The notes beneath the pieces are model-generated. The model had not been told where the DNA came from. It searched no databases and saw nothing but the letters and a program-made list of their open reading frames with translations. This document shows positions 9,168 through 19,343 of a stretch of DNA of 64,000 bases, piece by piece; within the stretch, counting starts at the first letter, position 1; each line of letters begins with the position of its first letter. The stretch is taken from IMG/VR virus record IMGVR_UViG_3300045250_000071. One strand, 5' to 3'. The DNA comes from a virus. A program made the position numbers and the translations under genes.

Positions 9168-10061
9168 TTAATCAACTCCTCGGTCTTCGACGAGCAGCGT
9201 CGTGCCCGGGTACTGCCGGCCGCTGAACACGCCGTGGCGCTGGTACATCAAGTCGCCGGTGATGTGCTCGCGGGTGTAGGCGATGGTGGTGTTGCCGGCC
9301 GGGAGGTCGACGACATAGACCATGTAGCCGGTGCTATAGCGGCCCAGGTAGTGGTAGTGCGACGCGAACGCCTCGGCACCGTTCACGAGGATGCGGTAGA
9401 GCGCGACGCCGTCAGCGTCGACGTCGAGCGTGGCGACGGTCGGGGCGATCGAGATCGCGACCGTGCGCGGCGTCGGCAGCTTGATCGTGGCCGCGCCGAG
9501 CGTCACCCGCCCCTGAGTCACGAGCCCGGATTGGGTGTCGACGAACCGGTGCAGCACGCCGAGCGATGCACCGTACGGGATGGCGTAGTCGCCGCGGGCG
9601 ATGAGCGTGGCCTGCGAGGTGCGGGTGATGCCGGAGGGAATCTGGTAGACGGCGAGGATGACTGCGCCGGTCGGGATGGCCGGCTGCGAGGGCGATGCCG
9701 ATGCGCCGCCCTGCGTGACGCCGAGAACCGATTGGTTCGACGGGTCGCCCTTGTCGGGGTCGAGCTGGCGCGCCCAGACGACGTCGATGCGGGAGCCCGA
9801 CGAGGGCGCGGCGGTCGTCGTGACGGTGCCGGTCGGGACGACGAACTTCGTCGCGCCGTCAGCGCCGGAGCGGGAGCCGACGGCGACCGAGACCGGGTCG
9901 CTGCCGGGCCCGACCGAGAAGTTCATGACCGACGGCGACGTCGACACGACGGCACCCATGACGATGCCGAGGTTGTGGTAGTCGCTGCGGACGAGGAGGC
10001 GGTCGTCGAGCGGCGACCGGCCGACGTCGCCGATCTTCTTGATTCCAATACCAACCGACAC
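9168..10061 (-). CDS. Minor tail protein
   Basis: GTG start at 10061 after GAGGAG SD; APSSGSRIDVVW...QG...PAIPTGAVILA motif typical of actinophage minor tail proteins. Confidence 0.75.
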   Translation of the reverse strand: MSVGIGIKKIGDVGRSPLDDRLLVRSDYHNLGIVMGAVVSTSPSVMNFSVGPGSDPVSVAVGSRSGADGATKFVVPTGTVTTTAAPSSGSRIDVVWARQLDPDKGDPSNQSVLGVTQGGASASPSQPAIPTGAVILAVYQIPSGITRTSQATLIARGDYAIPYGASLGVLHRFVDTQSGLVTQGRVTLGAATIKLPTPRTVAISIAPTVATLDVDADGVALYRILVNGAEAFASHYHYLGRYSTGYMVYVVDLPAGNTTIAYTREHITGDLMYQRHGVFSGRQYPGTTLLVEDRGVD

Positions 10062-10072
10062 GTGGTTCTCCT

Positions 10073-10900
10073 CTAGATGTAGGCGTCGCGGGCGATGAGC
10101 GTCGCGAAGGTCTGTCCGACCGGGGTGTCGGTGCGGGGGTGCAGCGACACGGTGAGGCTGCCGCCGGCGGGGATGTCGAACCACGCTCGGCGCGTGGCGA
10201 GCTCGGTTCGGGGCACGCCGCCGACCATGATCGTGCGGTGCCGGCAATCGACGGTGACGGGTGCGCCGGGCCACACGTCGCCGGTGTAGTCGATGACGCG
10301 GCCGGCGCCGTCCTCGAGCATGAACCCGCCGGGGAGGGTGCCCTGTACCTCGATGACGGGCCACGAGGTGGTTGTGCCGCGGTTGGTCGCGATCGCGATT
10401 GCGCCGTCGTCGCTGCCGTAGTCGATCGGGTAGTCGATCGGGTAGTCGATGCCGCCACGGCGGGCTCCGGCGAGGACGGTGACGTTCTGCGCTTCGGTCG
10501 AGTAGCGGGTCGGGTCGGGCGCGGTCACCGTGACGGTGAACAGGCCCGTGCTCTCCCAGCGTGAGCCGAAGCTGGTTTCGATCCAGCCCTCGACGGAGGT
10601 GTCGTCGACGTCGTCGACGCGCACCTCCACGAGGCTGTGTCCGAGCGTGTTGAACCGGTTGTACACCTCGATGGCGCTCTCACGAGTGTCGCCGAGGTGC
10701 GCGAGGTTGAACGTTGCTGTGCGGGGCGAGTAGACGACCGAGCGGGGACGGAACGAGCCGTCCGCCCCCGCTCGGTCGTCGAGGCTGGTCTTCACTCCGG
10801 GGAGGTCGTACCAGCCGCTGATACCGCCGTCGGTGACGATGACGTCATCATTGGGGTCGGCGCCGCCGCCGATCTCGATGCCACCAATCCACACTCGCAT
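10073..10900 (-). CDS. Distal tail protein (Dit-like)
   Basis: First gene after tape measure; GW...R...DG, APDPTRYS, YPIDYP, NRG...WP motifs. Confidence 0.8.
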   Translation of the reverse strand: MRVWIGGIEIGGGADPNDDVIVTDGGISGWYDLPGVKTSLDDRAGADGSFRPRSVVYSPRTATFNLAHLGDTRESAIEVYNRFNTLGHSLVEVRVDDVDDTSVEGWIETSFGSRWESTGLFTVTVTAPDPTRYSTEAQNVTVLAGARRGGIDYPIDYPIDYGSDDGAIAIATNRGTTTSWPVIEVQGTLPGGFMLEDGAGRVIDYTGDVWPGAPVTVDCRHRTIMVGGVPRTELATRRAWFDIPAGGSLTVSLHPRTDTPVGQTFATLIARDAYI

Positions 10901-10913
10901 GCAGCTTCTCCGA

Positions 10914-13900
10914 TCACATCTCGCGGACGACAGCCGCTGCGAGCCGGTCGCCGATCACGTTCGGATCAGACGTCGGCATGTAGTTCTTCTGGTAGATGTT
11001 CACGTCGCCTCGGCGCATGTCATCCCACTGGTCAGACGTGAGCACCGGCTCGGGCTTGCCCGTCGCGTTGTACGCGAGCGTGAGCCCGGGTTGTAGCCAG
11101 CCACCCTCGTCGTACAGGTTCGGGATGACGCCACCGAATGCCGCGCGCCAGTCGAAGTGCGGCGGCAGCTTCTCCTCGTCGAGGTCACCGAACACGCCAC
11201 CGTCGCGAGCGACGTGGATGTGGTCGTAGTGGCCCGCGACTTGCCAGAGAATCTGACGCCAGCCGCCCATCGCGCGGATGGTGCTCGCAGCTGCGAACAT
11301 CGCCGACTGTGTACCTGCCATGTCGACGGCTGGGTTCATCCAGTCCGCGTGGTAGGTGTTTTTGCGTCGGCCAAGCGCGGCGTTGCGTGCAGGGGTATCC
11401 CACGTCGACGTGACGTAGAGGCCGTGCTTCTGGATCACCGGGATGAGGCGAGCGAGCGCGCGGCCACCGTGGAAGCCCTGGTAGGAGATTCCACCGCCGA
11501 CCCCAGGCACGAGGTCGTAGCCGCCGTCCTCGCCGCCGGGCGCGAACATCTCGTCGATCTTCTTCTTGAACCACTCGCCGATGCCCTTGACTGCGGCGAT
11601 GGGCCAGCCGACGATTGCCTCGCCGAGCATGCCACCACCGATGTTGTTGAGCATGTCCTTGACGGGCTCGAGCACGATGCGTTCGATCGCGCCGAGCGGG
11701 TCAGCGATGACGGCGCCGATGTTGTTGGCGACGTCGGACACGAACCCGGTGATGTTGTTCACCGCGTCCGCTGCCCAGTCCCAGATACCGCCATCGGCGA
11801 AGTGGGTCTGGCCGGCGTTCGAGCGTGCCGCGTTCACCCGGTCGAGCCAGGGCTTACCGCCGAGCGCGCGGAGCGCGTCCGGGCGGATGATGCCCTCACC
11901 GCCGGAGAGGTGGAGCATGCCGCCGGTTGGCGAGTAGAACTTGTGCACGTCACGGCCCGGTGTGTAGCCGGGCAGGACACCACCGGAGGCCAGCGCGATC
12001 GGTTCGATCGTGGGCATGCGCAGATCGAGCCCGACGCCCTTCGCGATGCCGTCGATCAGCGCCTTGATGCCGTCGTTGTATACGGTGTTGATCACGAAGT
12101 TGATCGGCGCGACCGCAGCTTTCTTGATCGCATCCCAAACGTCCTTGATGACGTCTCGCATCCCCTCGAACGCCGTACCGATGCCATCGGTAACGGTCGT
12201 GAAAATGGGGCTGAGCGTGTCGCGGAACCACGCGCCGACGACGTCGATCGCTCCCTTAATGCTCTCCCAGACCGGCGAGATGATGTTCTCGTAGAGCCAG
12301 GTGAAAATCGGGGCGAGGGTGTCTCGCACGACGGTGACGATCGCGGTGAAAATGATCTGCACCGCGGCCCAGTAGACGCCGATCACGGTCGAGATCGCGT
12401 TCCAAATCGGCTTGATGATGTTCTCGTACAGCCACGTGAAAATCGGCCCCAGAACGTCCGAGATGAACGCGACGATTCCTGAGAAGATGGCGCCGACGAC
12501 GGTGATCGCGCCCTGAATGACGGGTACGAGCGCCGCGAACACGGTGCTCACGACCTCGAGCAGCCACTGAATCACGGGGACGAGGGCCTCGAGGATGAGC
12601 GTCACGATCGGCATCAGCGCGTTGATGATCTGCGTCGCGATCGGTAGCACGACCGCGACGATCTGCGTGAACACGGGCAGGAACGTCGCCAGGAGTTGGA
12701 CGACGACCTGCGCGATCTGCTGTATCACCGGCACGAGCGCCGCCGCGAGCATCGTGATCAGCGGGGTTACGGCAGCGATCAGCTGCTGAAACACCGGCAT
12801 GAGCTGCGCGACGAACGTTTGGATCAGTGGTGCGACCGCGGCTGCGACCTCGCCGATCACCGTCGCGATCTCGCCGAACGCCGCGCCGAGCGAGCTTTGC
12901 AGCTCGGGCGACGACGCGATGAGCGCGCCGATGAGGCCGACGATGATGCCGACCGGCCCGAACGCTACCTTCATGATCGGGCCGAGCTTCGTGAACAGGC
13001 CGGTCAGCTTGCCGCCGGCGCCGAGGAGACCACCGAAGCCCGAGGCGAGCGCGCCGATACCGCCGACGGCGCCACCGACAATGCTCGTGATCTTGCCGAA
13101 CACGAGCAGCGCGGGCCCGATCGCTGCCGCGATGCCGGCGACCTTGAGGATGACGCCCTGCATCTCGGGGTTGAGGTTCTGCCACCACGTGACAGCGGTG
13201 CGAATCTTCTCGATCATCGTCGCGAATGCCGCGCCGACCTTCTCGCCGAGCTCGGCAGCCTTCGGGGTGATGTTGTCGAGCGCGCCCGTGAAATCGGCCA
13301 TGAGCGGCTTGAGCTGCGAGAAGAAGCCGCCGCCCTCGCCGCCGGCGTCGAGGAACGCGGCACCGACACGGCTGATGGCCGCTTTGACGTTGTCCCATGC
13401 GCCGACGAACGACGTTTGGCCCATGATCTGGGCGGCGCCGCCGAGGCCCGTCTCGAGGGCGTTCTGGAAGTCCGCGAAGCCGATCTCACCGGCCGAGGCA
13501 AGCTTGTAGACCTCTTCGGCGGTGACGCCGAGCTCCTGCGCGAGGAATTGCACGATCGGCACGCCGGCATCGCCGAGCTGCGCGAGCACGTCGCCCTGTG
13601 CCTTGCCGGAGGCCGCGACCTTGTTGAAGATCGAGCCCATCGATTGCATGTCGACGCCGGCGATGGCCGCAGCGTCACCGACGAGCGAGAGCGTGCGTTC
13701 GAGGTCGTTGCCGGGCTTCACGCCCGCGGCGACCGCCGCAGCGGCCACGTTCGCGGCGTCGCCGAGGCCGAACGCGGTGCCCTTCACCGCAGCAAGCGCC
13801 GAGTCCATGATCAGCTCGACCGACTCGGTCGAGTGGCCGAGCGCCTGCAGCTTGGACTGCGCGGTGTCGATGCCGACGAGGCGCTTGAAGCCGAGCGTCG

Positions 13901-14750
13901 CTGCGAGGGCCGATGCTGCGCCAGCAGCTGCGAGCAGCGGCGTGGCGAGCGTCATGAACTGCCCGCCGAGCGTGGACGCGCTATTCGCGAGCGACGACAG
14001 CTGGCCGGCCGCGGTGGTGAGTGCGCCACCGACTGCGCTCAGCGCGCCGCCAGCGACCGAGCGCACGGCGTTGAACGCCGATGCGACGGCGCTGGCGGAT
14101 GCCGAGAACACGCTGCTGATCGTCGAGCCGATCGGCGCCACGCGTGCGCTCAGCTTGCCGAACACGTCAGAGACGGATGTGACCGCCGAGCGGACAGCGG
14201 TCACGCCGCGAGCAGCTGCGCCGCCGAGCGAGCCGGCAATGCCGCTAAACGACGACGCGGCGACGCTCGAGTTCGCGAAGCCCTCGCGGAGGCGTGCGAC
14301 TACGTCGAGACCGGGCTGCACTGCGGTGCGTAGCCGGCCACCGATCGAGCCAGCGATGCCGCTGAACGTGGACGCGGCCACGCGGGAATCGTTGAAACCC
14401 TGCGTGAACCGGCCGGTGATGTTCTGAATCTGCTTCGCGATCGGGTCGAGCGCGCGGCGGGTCTGCCCGCCGAGGGTGCCGAAGCCGCCCGTGAACGCGG
14501 ACTGCGCTGCACGAGCATCACGGAAGCCGGCGACGAAGTCGCGCAGCGGCGCAGCGGCGTCGCTCACGTGCTTGCGCGCGGCCTTCATGCCGTCGCCGAG
14601 GGCGGCGGTGAAGTCGCCGCCGAGCGACTTGCCGACCTTCTTGACGTCGATGCCGGCGAGCTCCGCGGTGATGGCCTTGCTGGCTCCGCGGAGCGAGGGC
14701 ACGATCTGTACCCAGGCTGCGCCGAAATCGAAACCGTTCTGCGCAGCCAC
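10914..14750 (-). CDS. Tape measure protein with C-terminal peptidase-like domain
   Basis: About 1280 aa, Ala/Gly-rich; AWVQIVPS start; VKGTAFGLGDAA tape-measure motif; amphipathic repeats; GTG at 14750 has GGAGG SD. Confidence 0.92.
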   Translation of the reverse strand: MAAQNGFDFGAAWVQIVPSLRGASKAITAELAGIDVKKVGKSLGGDFTAALGDGMKAARKHVSDAAAPLRDFVAGFRDARAAQSAFTGGFGTLGGQTRRALDPIAKQIQNITGRFTQGFNDSRVAASTFSGIAGSIGGRLRTAVQPGLDVVARLREGFANSSVAASSFSGIAGSLGGAAARGVTAVRSAVTSVSDVFGKLSARVAPIGSTISSVFSASASAVASAFNAVRSVAGGALSAVGGALTTAAGQLSSLANSASTLGGQFMTLATPLLAAAGAASALAATLGFKRLVGIDTAQSKLQALGHSTESVELIMDSALAAVKGTAFGLGDAANVAAAAVAAGVKPGNDLERTLSLVGDAAAIAGVDMQSMGSIFNKVAASGKAQGDVLAQLGDAGVPIVQFLAQELGVTAEEVYKLASAGEIGFADFQNALETGLGGAAQIMGQTSFVGAWDNVKAAISRVGAAFLDAGGEGGGFFSQLKPLMADFTGALDNITPKAAELGEKVGAAFATMIEKIRTAVTWWQNLNPEMQGVILKVAGIAAAIGPALLVFGKITSIVGGAVGGIGALASGFGGLLGAGGKLTGLFTKLGPIMKVAFGPVGIIVGLIGALIASSPELQSSLGAAFGEIATVIGEVAAAVAPLIQTFVAQLMPVFQQLIAAVTPLITMLAAALVPVIQQIAQVVVQLLATFLPVFTQIVAVVLPIATQIINALMPIVTLILEALVPVIQWLLEVVSTVFAALVPVIQGAITVVGAIFSGIVAFISDVLGPIFTWLYENIIKPIWNAISTVIGVYWAAVQIIFTAIVTVVRDTLAPIFTWLYENIISPVWESIKGAIDVVGAWFRDTLSPIFTTVTDGIGTAFEGMRDVIKDVWDAIKKAAVAPINFVINTVYNDGIKALIDGIAKGVGLDLRMPTIEPIALASGGVLPGYTPGRDVHKFYSPTGGMLHLSGGEGIIRPDALRALGGKPWLDRVNAARSNAGQTHFADGGIWDWAADAVNNITGFVSDVANNIGAVIADPLGAIERIVLEPVKDMLNNIGGGMLGEAIVGWPIAAVKGIGEWFKKKIDEMFAPGGEDGGYDLVPGVGGGISYQGFHGGRALARLIPVIQKHGLYVTSTWDTPARNAALGRRKNTYHADWMNPAVDMAGTQSAMFAAASTIRAMGGWRQILWQVAGHYDHIHVARDGGVFGDLDEEKLPPHFDWRAAFGGVIPNLYDEGGWLQPGLTLAYNATGKPEPVLTSDQWDDMRRGDVNIYQKNYMPTSDPNVIGDRLAAAVVREM

Positions 14751-14761
14751 GGGCACCTCCG

Positions 14762-15483
14762 CTATTGAGTTGTTTTCTGCCTCGCGAGCCAGTTCGCGGC
14801 CTTGCGGCGGGAGCGCTCAGCGCGTGCCTCTGCCGCTTCACGCCACCCGGGCTCGGGCGCCGTGATCGGATCGGGGAGCTTGCTTTTCTTCACGCCGAGG
14901 GCCTGCATGATGCCGGTCATGATGCGGTAGCCCTCGTAGTGAATCGACGTGACCGCGTCGCTGAACGCGGCCGGCCCGCCGTGGGCCCGCCAGAGGCGAG
15001 CCCCTGGCGGGAGCTGCTTCACGAGCACCGCGGCTTTGCGCCACGAGATGCGGCCGCGGTAGAGGTCGAGCAGGTCGATGCCGTACTCGGATTGCAGGTC
15101 AGCTTCGATCTCCTCCGGGAACCGCCGCAGCAGGCTCCGGAGGATTAGGCGTTTCCCTCGCCCATCTCCTGCATGACTTCGGCGGCGAACTCGAGCACCG
15201 CTGAGCGCTTGAGCTTGCCGTCGACGCGCAGTGACTTCTTGATCTCCGCGAGCTGCTCCGGGCTGCTGATCTCGGTGAGGAGCGGGTCAGGGATGCCGCG
15301 CTCCATCGCGCTGAGAATGTCGTCGTCGTCGAGGAGTTCGGGGTTGAACTCGAAATCGAATCCGCGCACCGTGACGTGGATAAGGTCGTCGTTCGCTTCG
15401 GCCTTCGCTGCCCGGTCTTCGGGTAACTTGGCGCCGGCCGCAGCGGCAGCGGTACGGGTGGGGCTCTTTCGGGTGGTGGCCAT
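14762..15483 (-). CDS. Tail assembly chaperone, short form 15145..15483 and -1 frameshifted long form to 14762
   Basis: Slippery GGGAAAC (plus gtttccc 15151-15157) just before stop; -1 frame open (KRLILRSLLRRFPEEIEADLQSEYGIDL...) into ORF 14762..15028. Confidence 0.85.
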
Positions 15484-15558
15484 GATGCACTCTCCTAGTT
15501 CGGTGCACTCTCTGAGGAAGGACCTCGCGGCGCGGGAGAGTGCACCGCGCCGCGAGGT
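15484..15558 (-). promoter_or_regulatory. Hairpin with loop complementary to duplicated SD-region sequence upstream of tail chaperone
   Basis: 14-bp stem ACCTCGCGGCGCGG, loop TGCACTCTC, followed by GAGAGTGCA twice (second overlaps SD). Confidence 0.55.
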
Positions 15559-15566
15559 GGTCAGGG

Positions 15567-16151
15567 TTATACGCTCGGGATGAGCGCCGGAGTGTCGGTG
15601 AGGATGCGGAAGCCGCCGAGCACACCGAGCGAGTAGTTGTACGTCGTCAGCTCCTGCGACTTGAACGCGAGGCTTCCGCGCTGGCCGAGGGTGAGGTGGT
15701 CACAGATGAGGCGCCAGCGCGAGCCGGAGCCGCTGGTCTCGTACAGGTCGACGACGCCGACGAGGTTCTTGACCTTGCGCGACGACGGTGCCTTGATCTC
15801 GGCGTAGTCGCCGTCGACGCCGGTGACCTTCGAGACGGCGGCGTCGAGGTTCCACTTCACGATCTCGAGCTTCGACTCGAGCAGCGCCGCGGTGAGCGTC
15901 GTGTCCGACGAGGACATGAATTCCTTGACGACGGCGTTGCCCTGGTGGCCTCGAATCTTCTCGACCGAGTCCTCGAGGTCGAGCGCAAAGCCGTCCTCTG
16001 AGACCCAGCCGCAATCGATGAGGCCGGTGGGGATGTCGTCGTCGAACTCGAGTTCGGCGAGCGACGCTGCGAGCGATGTGGTGCGTTCGGCAAGGAAGAC
16101 GGAGTCGTCGTCCGAGCCGAACATCAGAGAGTTGGCGGTGTTGGTAGCCAT
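15567..16151 (-). CDS. Major tail protein
   Basis: GWVSEDG motif, IRGHQG, 194 aa, upstream of chaperone. Confidence 0.85.
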   Translation of the reverse strand: MATNTANSLMFGSDDDSVFLAERTTSLAASLAELEFDDDIPTGLIDCGWVSEDGFALDLEDSVEKIRGHQGNAVVKEFMSSSDTTLTAALLESKLEIVKWNLDAAVSKVTGVDGDYAEIKAPSSRKVKNLVGVVDLYETSGSGSRWRLICDHLTLGQRGSLAFKSQELTTYNYSLGVLGGFRILTDTPALIPSV

Positions 16152-16163
16152 TGGTGGTGCCTC

Positions 16164-16529
16164 CTAGCGGCATGTGGCGGTGAGCTGATAGGTCGCGACG
16201 TACCGGGATTGCCCGGTGTCGGGGTCGGGGTCGTCCATCGGTGTGGTTGCGGTGGGGATGGACGACACGGGCGAGGTGCGGTCGGCGGGGAGGGCGAGGA
16301 TGAGTGCCTCGACGTCGGACGCGAGGTCGGCCGCGCGGCCGGTGGACTCGGCGTAGCTCGAGATCGTCAGCTGCACGGTTTGGACGATGCGGTTCGAGCG
16401 GCCGGGCCCGCCCGTCGCGACGACGCGCACGAACCGCTTCGTGCCGTCGTCGAGACGCAGCGAAACGACCGGTACGTCGAGCGACTTGAGCGCCGCCATG
16501 ACGAGCGCTTTCACGTCTGGCGGCTTCAT
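16164..16529 (-). CDS. Tail terminator
   Basis: FVRV..TGG, PDPDTGQSRY motifs; position. Confidence 0.75.
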   Translation of the reverse strand: MKPPDVKALVMAALKSLDVPVVSLRLDDGTKRFVRVVATGGPGRSNRIVQTVQLTISSYAESTGRAADLASDVEALILALPADRTSPVSSIPTATTPMDDPDPDTGQSRYVATYQLTATCR

Positions 16530-16780
16530 AGGCCCTGCCCGATGGCGCGTTCGAGAACGTGATCGCGGGCCTGCCGGCGCTTCGCGTCAGCTGTTTCCGC
16601 CATCACCGTCGCTCGAGCACGGCCCGCACGCTTTCCGCCGTCTCCGACGTTCACCTGCGACCCGAACCCATCGCCGGCGCGCTGCGCGACCTTGTCGCCA
16701 ACGTCGCCGACGAACTTCTGCATCTGCGCCGACTTGAGGAACCGCTCCATCTCACGGAGATTCGGAGTGAACTTGACCAT
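16526..16780 (-). CDS. Neck / tail completion protein
   Basis: Start MVKFTPN; RARATV...EAR-like/LERA ending; position between stopper and terminator. Confidence 0.65.
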   Translation of the reverse strand: MVKFTPNLREMERFLKSAQMQKFVGDVGDKVAQRAGDGFGSQVNVGDGGKRAGRARATVMAETADAKRRQARDHVLERAIGQGL

Positions 16781-17102
16781 GCTGGTGCTCCTCTCCGACG
16801 AGGGTGACGGCGAGGCCGAGCGGCCACCGTTGCGGGCGACCGTCGACGCGCCACTGCTCACCTTCGATTTCGAGTAGGTCGCCGGCGCGCACGTCCGGCT
16901 GTTCGTCCGGCCAGTAGGCCGTTGGTTGCGTCGAGGTCGACGCAACGCCGGCATCGACCACGAGCGCGGTCGGCACCGGGGCGAACAGACACGGCGAGAG
17001 CTCAGCGCGTTCGAGTTCGCCCGCGATGACTTCGCCGTACTGGTCCTCGGTGCCCTCGACCGGCCGGAGCCGCGTCACCGGAGTGCGCGCCCAGCCGAAC
17101 AT
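16752..17102 (-). CDS. Head-to-tail stopper
   Basis: DQYG, D-x-L-EI-EG..W-V-G-P..W motifs. Confidence 0.7.
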   Translation of the reverse strand: MFGWARTPVTRLRPVEGTEDQYGEVIAGELERAELSPCLFAPVPTALVVDAGVASTSTQPTAYWPDEQPDVRAGDLLEIEGEQWRVDGRPQRWPLGLAVTLVGEEHQHGQVHSESP

Positions 17103-17488
17103 CAGGAGCCCCCGCCAGTTCGAATGGTGAACGCTCGCCGAGGAACTCGAGCAGCGAGCAGCCGGCGGTGACGAGCAGACAGGTACACGTCACCGCGAGG
17201 GTTCGTGAACTTCTGCGTCGTCTGGAACGGGCCCGCACCCTTCTGCACCGAGTCGACCCCGAATGCGTCGCCAACCGGCATGGCGGCGACGACGATCTCG
17301 CAGGCGATATCGGCGACGAGCTGCTCGTCGATCTCGCCGGCGAGAATTCGGGTGTCGATGTCCGTGAATTCACCGCGGATGAGCCGTGACGCTCGCCCGA
17401 GCAGTGCCGTGACGTCTTCCGCCGTGAGCTGCTTCATGGGGAAGCCGTTGGCCTGGTAGTAATTCAGGTCAGCGAGCAGCGCAGGCAT
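17102..17488 (-). CDS. Head-to-tail adaptor (Gp19/Gp15/Gp42-like)
   Basis: AGPF...F-NP-GDVYL...L motif. Confidence 0.75.
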   Translation of the reverse strand: MPALLADLNYYQANGFPMKQLTAEDVTALLGRASRLIRGEFTDIDTRILAGEIDEQLVADIACEIVVAAMPVGDAFGVDSVQKGAGPFQTTQKFTNPRGDVYLSARHRRLLAARVPRRAFTIRTGGGS

Positions 17489-17494
17489 GACAGC

Positions 17495-17827
17495 CTACTT
17501 TCGAGTGCGCGTCGACTTGGTCGACGCGTAGGGGCCCGACGCCTTGGTCTCGGCGGTCTCGGCGGGCTCGGCCTTCGCCGGGTCCTCAGCTTCGGCCTTC
17601 TCGGGCTCCGGCTCTTCAGCTGCGTCAGCCGTCGCGCCGGAATCAGGCTCGTCGCCAGAGGTGGTGGGCTCATCTGCGTCGGCTTCGACCGGCGCAGGAG
17701 CGAGCAGGTGATCGCCGACCGTCGCACCATCGGGCACGAGATCGCCGGCCTTGAGGTTGAGAGTCGTGAGGTCGTCAAGGTGCACGACGACGATGCCCTC
17801 GAGGTCGGTTCGAATGATTGCGCTCAT
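17495..17827 (-). CDS. Small acidic virion-associated protein
   Basis: LKAGDLVPDGATVGDHLL domain plus low-complexity tail; directly after capsid gene. Confidence 0.6.
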   Translation of the reverse strand: MSAIIRTDLEGIVVVHLDDLTTLNLKAGDLVPDGATVGDHLLAPAPVEADADEPTTSGDEPDSGATADAAEEPEPEKAEAEDPAKAEPAETAETKASGPYASTKSTRTRK

Positions 17828-17850
17828 GAGGAGTCTCCTTGCCTGGGCTC

Positions 17851-17886
17851 GTGGTGGGCACGACCGGTGAGGGTCGTGCCCACCAC
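17851..17886 (-). terminator. Hairpin downstream of major capsid gene (terminator/stabiliser)
   Basis: 15-bp perfect inverted repeat gtggtgggcacgacc/ggtcgtgcccaccac. Confidence 0.55.
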
Positions 17887-17899
17887 CTCCGAGGGGTTG

Positions 17900-18913
17900 C
17901 TAGGCCGCGACCGTCGCCTTGAAGCTCAGGTCAGCGTTGGCGAGCACGGGCAGCGAGATCGCGTCCGAGACGACCTCGGCGATCATCGGCGGCTTATGGC
18001 CGCGGTACACGCCCGCGACGATGCCGGGGAGGTCGCCCTCGAGCGCGAACTCGGGGCTCGACGAGGTGAGCGTCTGACCCCAGAACGTCGCGCCGAGCTC
18101 CGAGTCTTCCCACGCGTCAGGCTCGACGGGAGCGGGCAGCAGGAGCAGCTCGTTCGGGTTGAGCACTGCGCCGGCGGCGGTCTTGCGCGAGTACACCTCG
18201 ATCGGAGGCAGGCCGTGCGACTCGATCTGGCTGGTGACCTCCTCAACGGTGGCGGGACGCTCGCCGCCGCCGATGAGCGTGGTCTTGAACTCGTCGCCAG
18301 CGGCGAGGAGTCGCATGATCTTGCGCGAGATCACGATCGAGCCGGGCGTGACGCCGTTGGTGTCCTCGTAGATGTCCGCCCAGGCCTGCAGGTCGGCGAG
18401 GCGCGACACCGACGTGTCGGTCCACAGCGTGCTCGCGGTCGTGGTGTGCGACACACTGCGGCCGAAGTCGTCCGCGCCGCCGATCTCGGGGATCGTCGCG
18501 CGACCGGTCGAGAGCACGATGCCGCGGAGCCGCTCGATGCGGTCAGCCACGGCCTGCGCAACGCGACGGGTCGTCGAGAGCGCCTCGGGAAGCACCTGCT
18601 CGGTGGCGGCGTCGCGTACGACGAGCTGGTCGTACTCGGAGATGATTTCGGAGTGTCCGATCGGCGGGAGCTCGATCATGACGCGTCCGCCACCCTGGCC
18701 CTTGCCGATGCCGACCTCTGCGTCAAACGCGCGGAATTCGGCTTCGGCGACGAGGCCGGCCTGGCCCTTGCGGAATCGGACGGAGATGCTCGGCACATCA
18801 CGGTTCGGGAGGTACCGAGCGAGCGAGTTCTTGCGAGCCTCGATGTCGGCGAGCGCTTCGCGGATGTAACCGGTCAGCGTGGCGGGCTCGATGAGTTCAG
18901 TCCACAGTGGCAT
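17900..18913 (-). CDS. Major capsid protein (lambda gpE-like)
   Basis: Start MPLWTELIEPATLTGYIR at 18913; LARYLP, FRAFDAE, ELPP, LGATFWG, DAISLPVL motifs. Confidence 0.88.
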   Translation of the reverse strand: MPLWTELIEPATLTGYIREALADIEARKNSLARYLPNRDVPSISVRFRKGQAGLVAEAEFRAFDAEVGIGKGQGGGRVMIELPPIGHSEIISEYDQLVVRDAATEQVLPEALSTTRRVAQAVADRIERLRGIVLSTGRATIPEIGGADDFGRSVSHTTTASTLWTDTSVSRLADLQAWADIYEDTNGVTPGSIVISRKIMRLLAAGDEFKTTLIGGGERPATVEEVTSQIESHGLPPIEVYSRKTAAGAVLNPNELLLLPAPVEPDAWEDSELGATFWGQTLTSSSPEFALEGDLPGIVAGVYRGHKPPMIAEVVSDAISLPVLANADLSFKATVAA

Positions 18914-18927
18914 GAGTCCGGTCCTTC

Positions 18928-19311
18928 CTAGACGAAGACGATCGTGGTGTTGTTCTTCGCAGCGGCCGGCGCAGCGAAGTTGGCGTACGGCACGGCAGCG
19001 GTCTTGACGCGGCCGTGGTCGAGGACGGGGACGCCGAAGTCGTTGCTGCCAACGACGCGCTGGTCGGTGAGCAGGAAGCCGGCGAGGACGCCTGCGCCGT
19101 CGGTGGTGTCGGTGTCGACGTCGTAGGGGACGACGAGGCCGTCGACGATGGCGACGGGGGTGCCCGACTTGATGTAGCCGTCGGGGTAGTGGGTTGCGGC
19201 GGTGAATGCCGACACGTCGAGGACTTCGGTGCGCGCGTTGCGGAGGCCGTGCGCGGAACCGAGCCACGTCATGTCGCCGGCACCGTACGTTTCGGTGGTC
19301 ATGCGAGGCAT
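18928..19311 (-). CDS. Head decoration protein
   Basis: Start MPRMTTETYG; WLGSAHG, HYPDGYIKSG motifs; precedes capsid gene. Confidence 0.8.
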   Translation of the reverse strand: MPRMTTETYGAGDMTWLGSAHGLRNARTEVLDVSAFTAATHYPDGYIKSGTPVAIVDGLVVPYDVDTDTTDGAGVLAGFLLTDQRVVGSNDFGVPVLDHGRVKTAAVPYANFAAPAAAKNNTTIVFV

Positions 19312-19343
19312 GTGAATGCTCCTTTGAGAGTGGTTTTGCCTGG

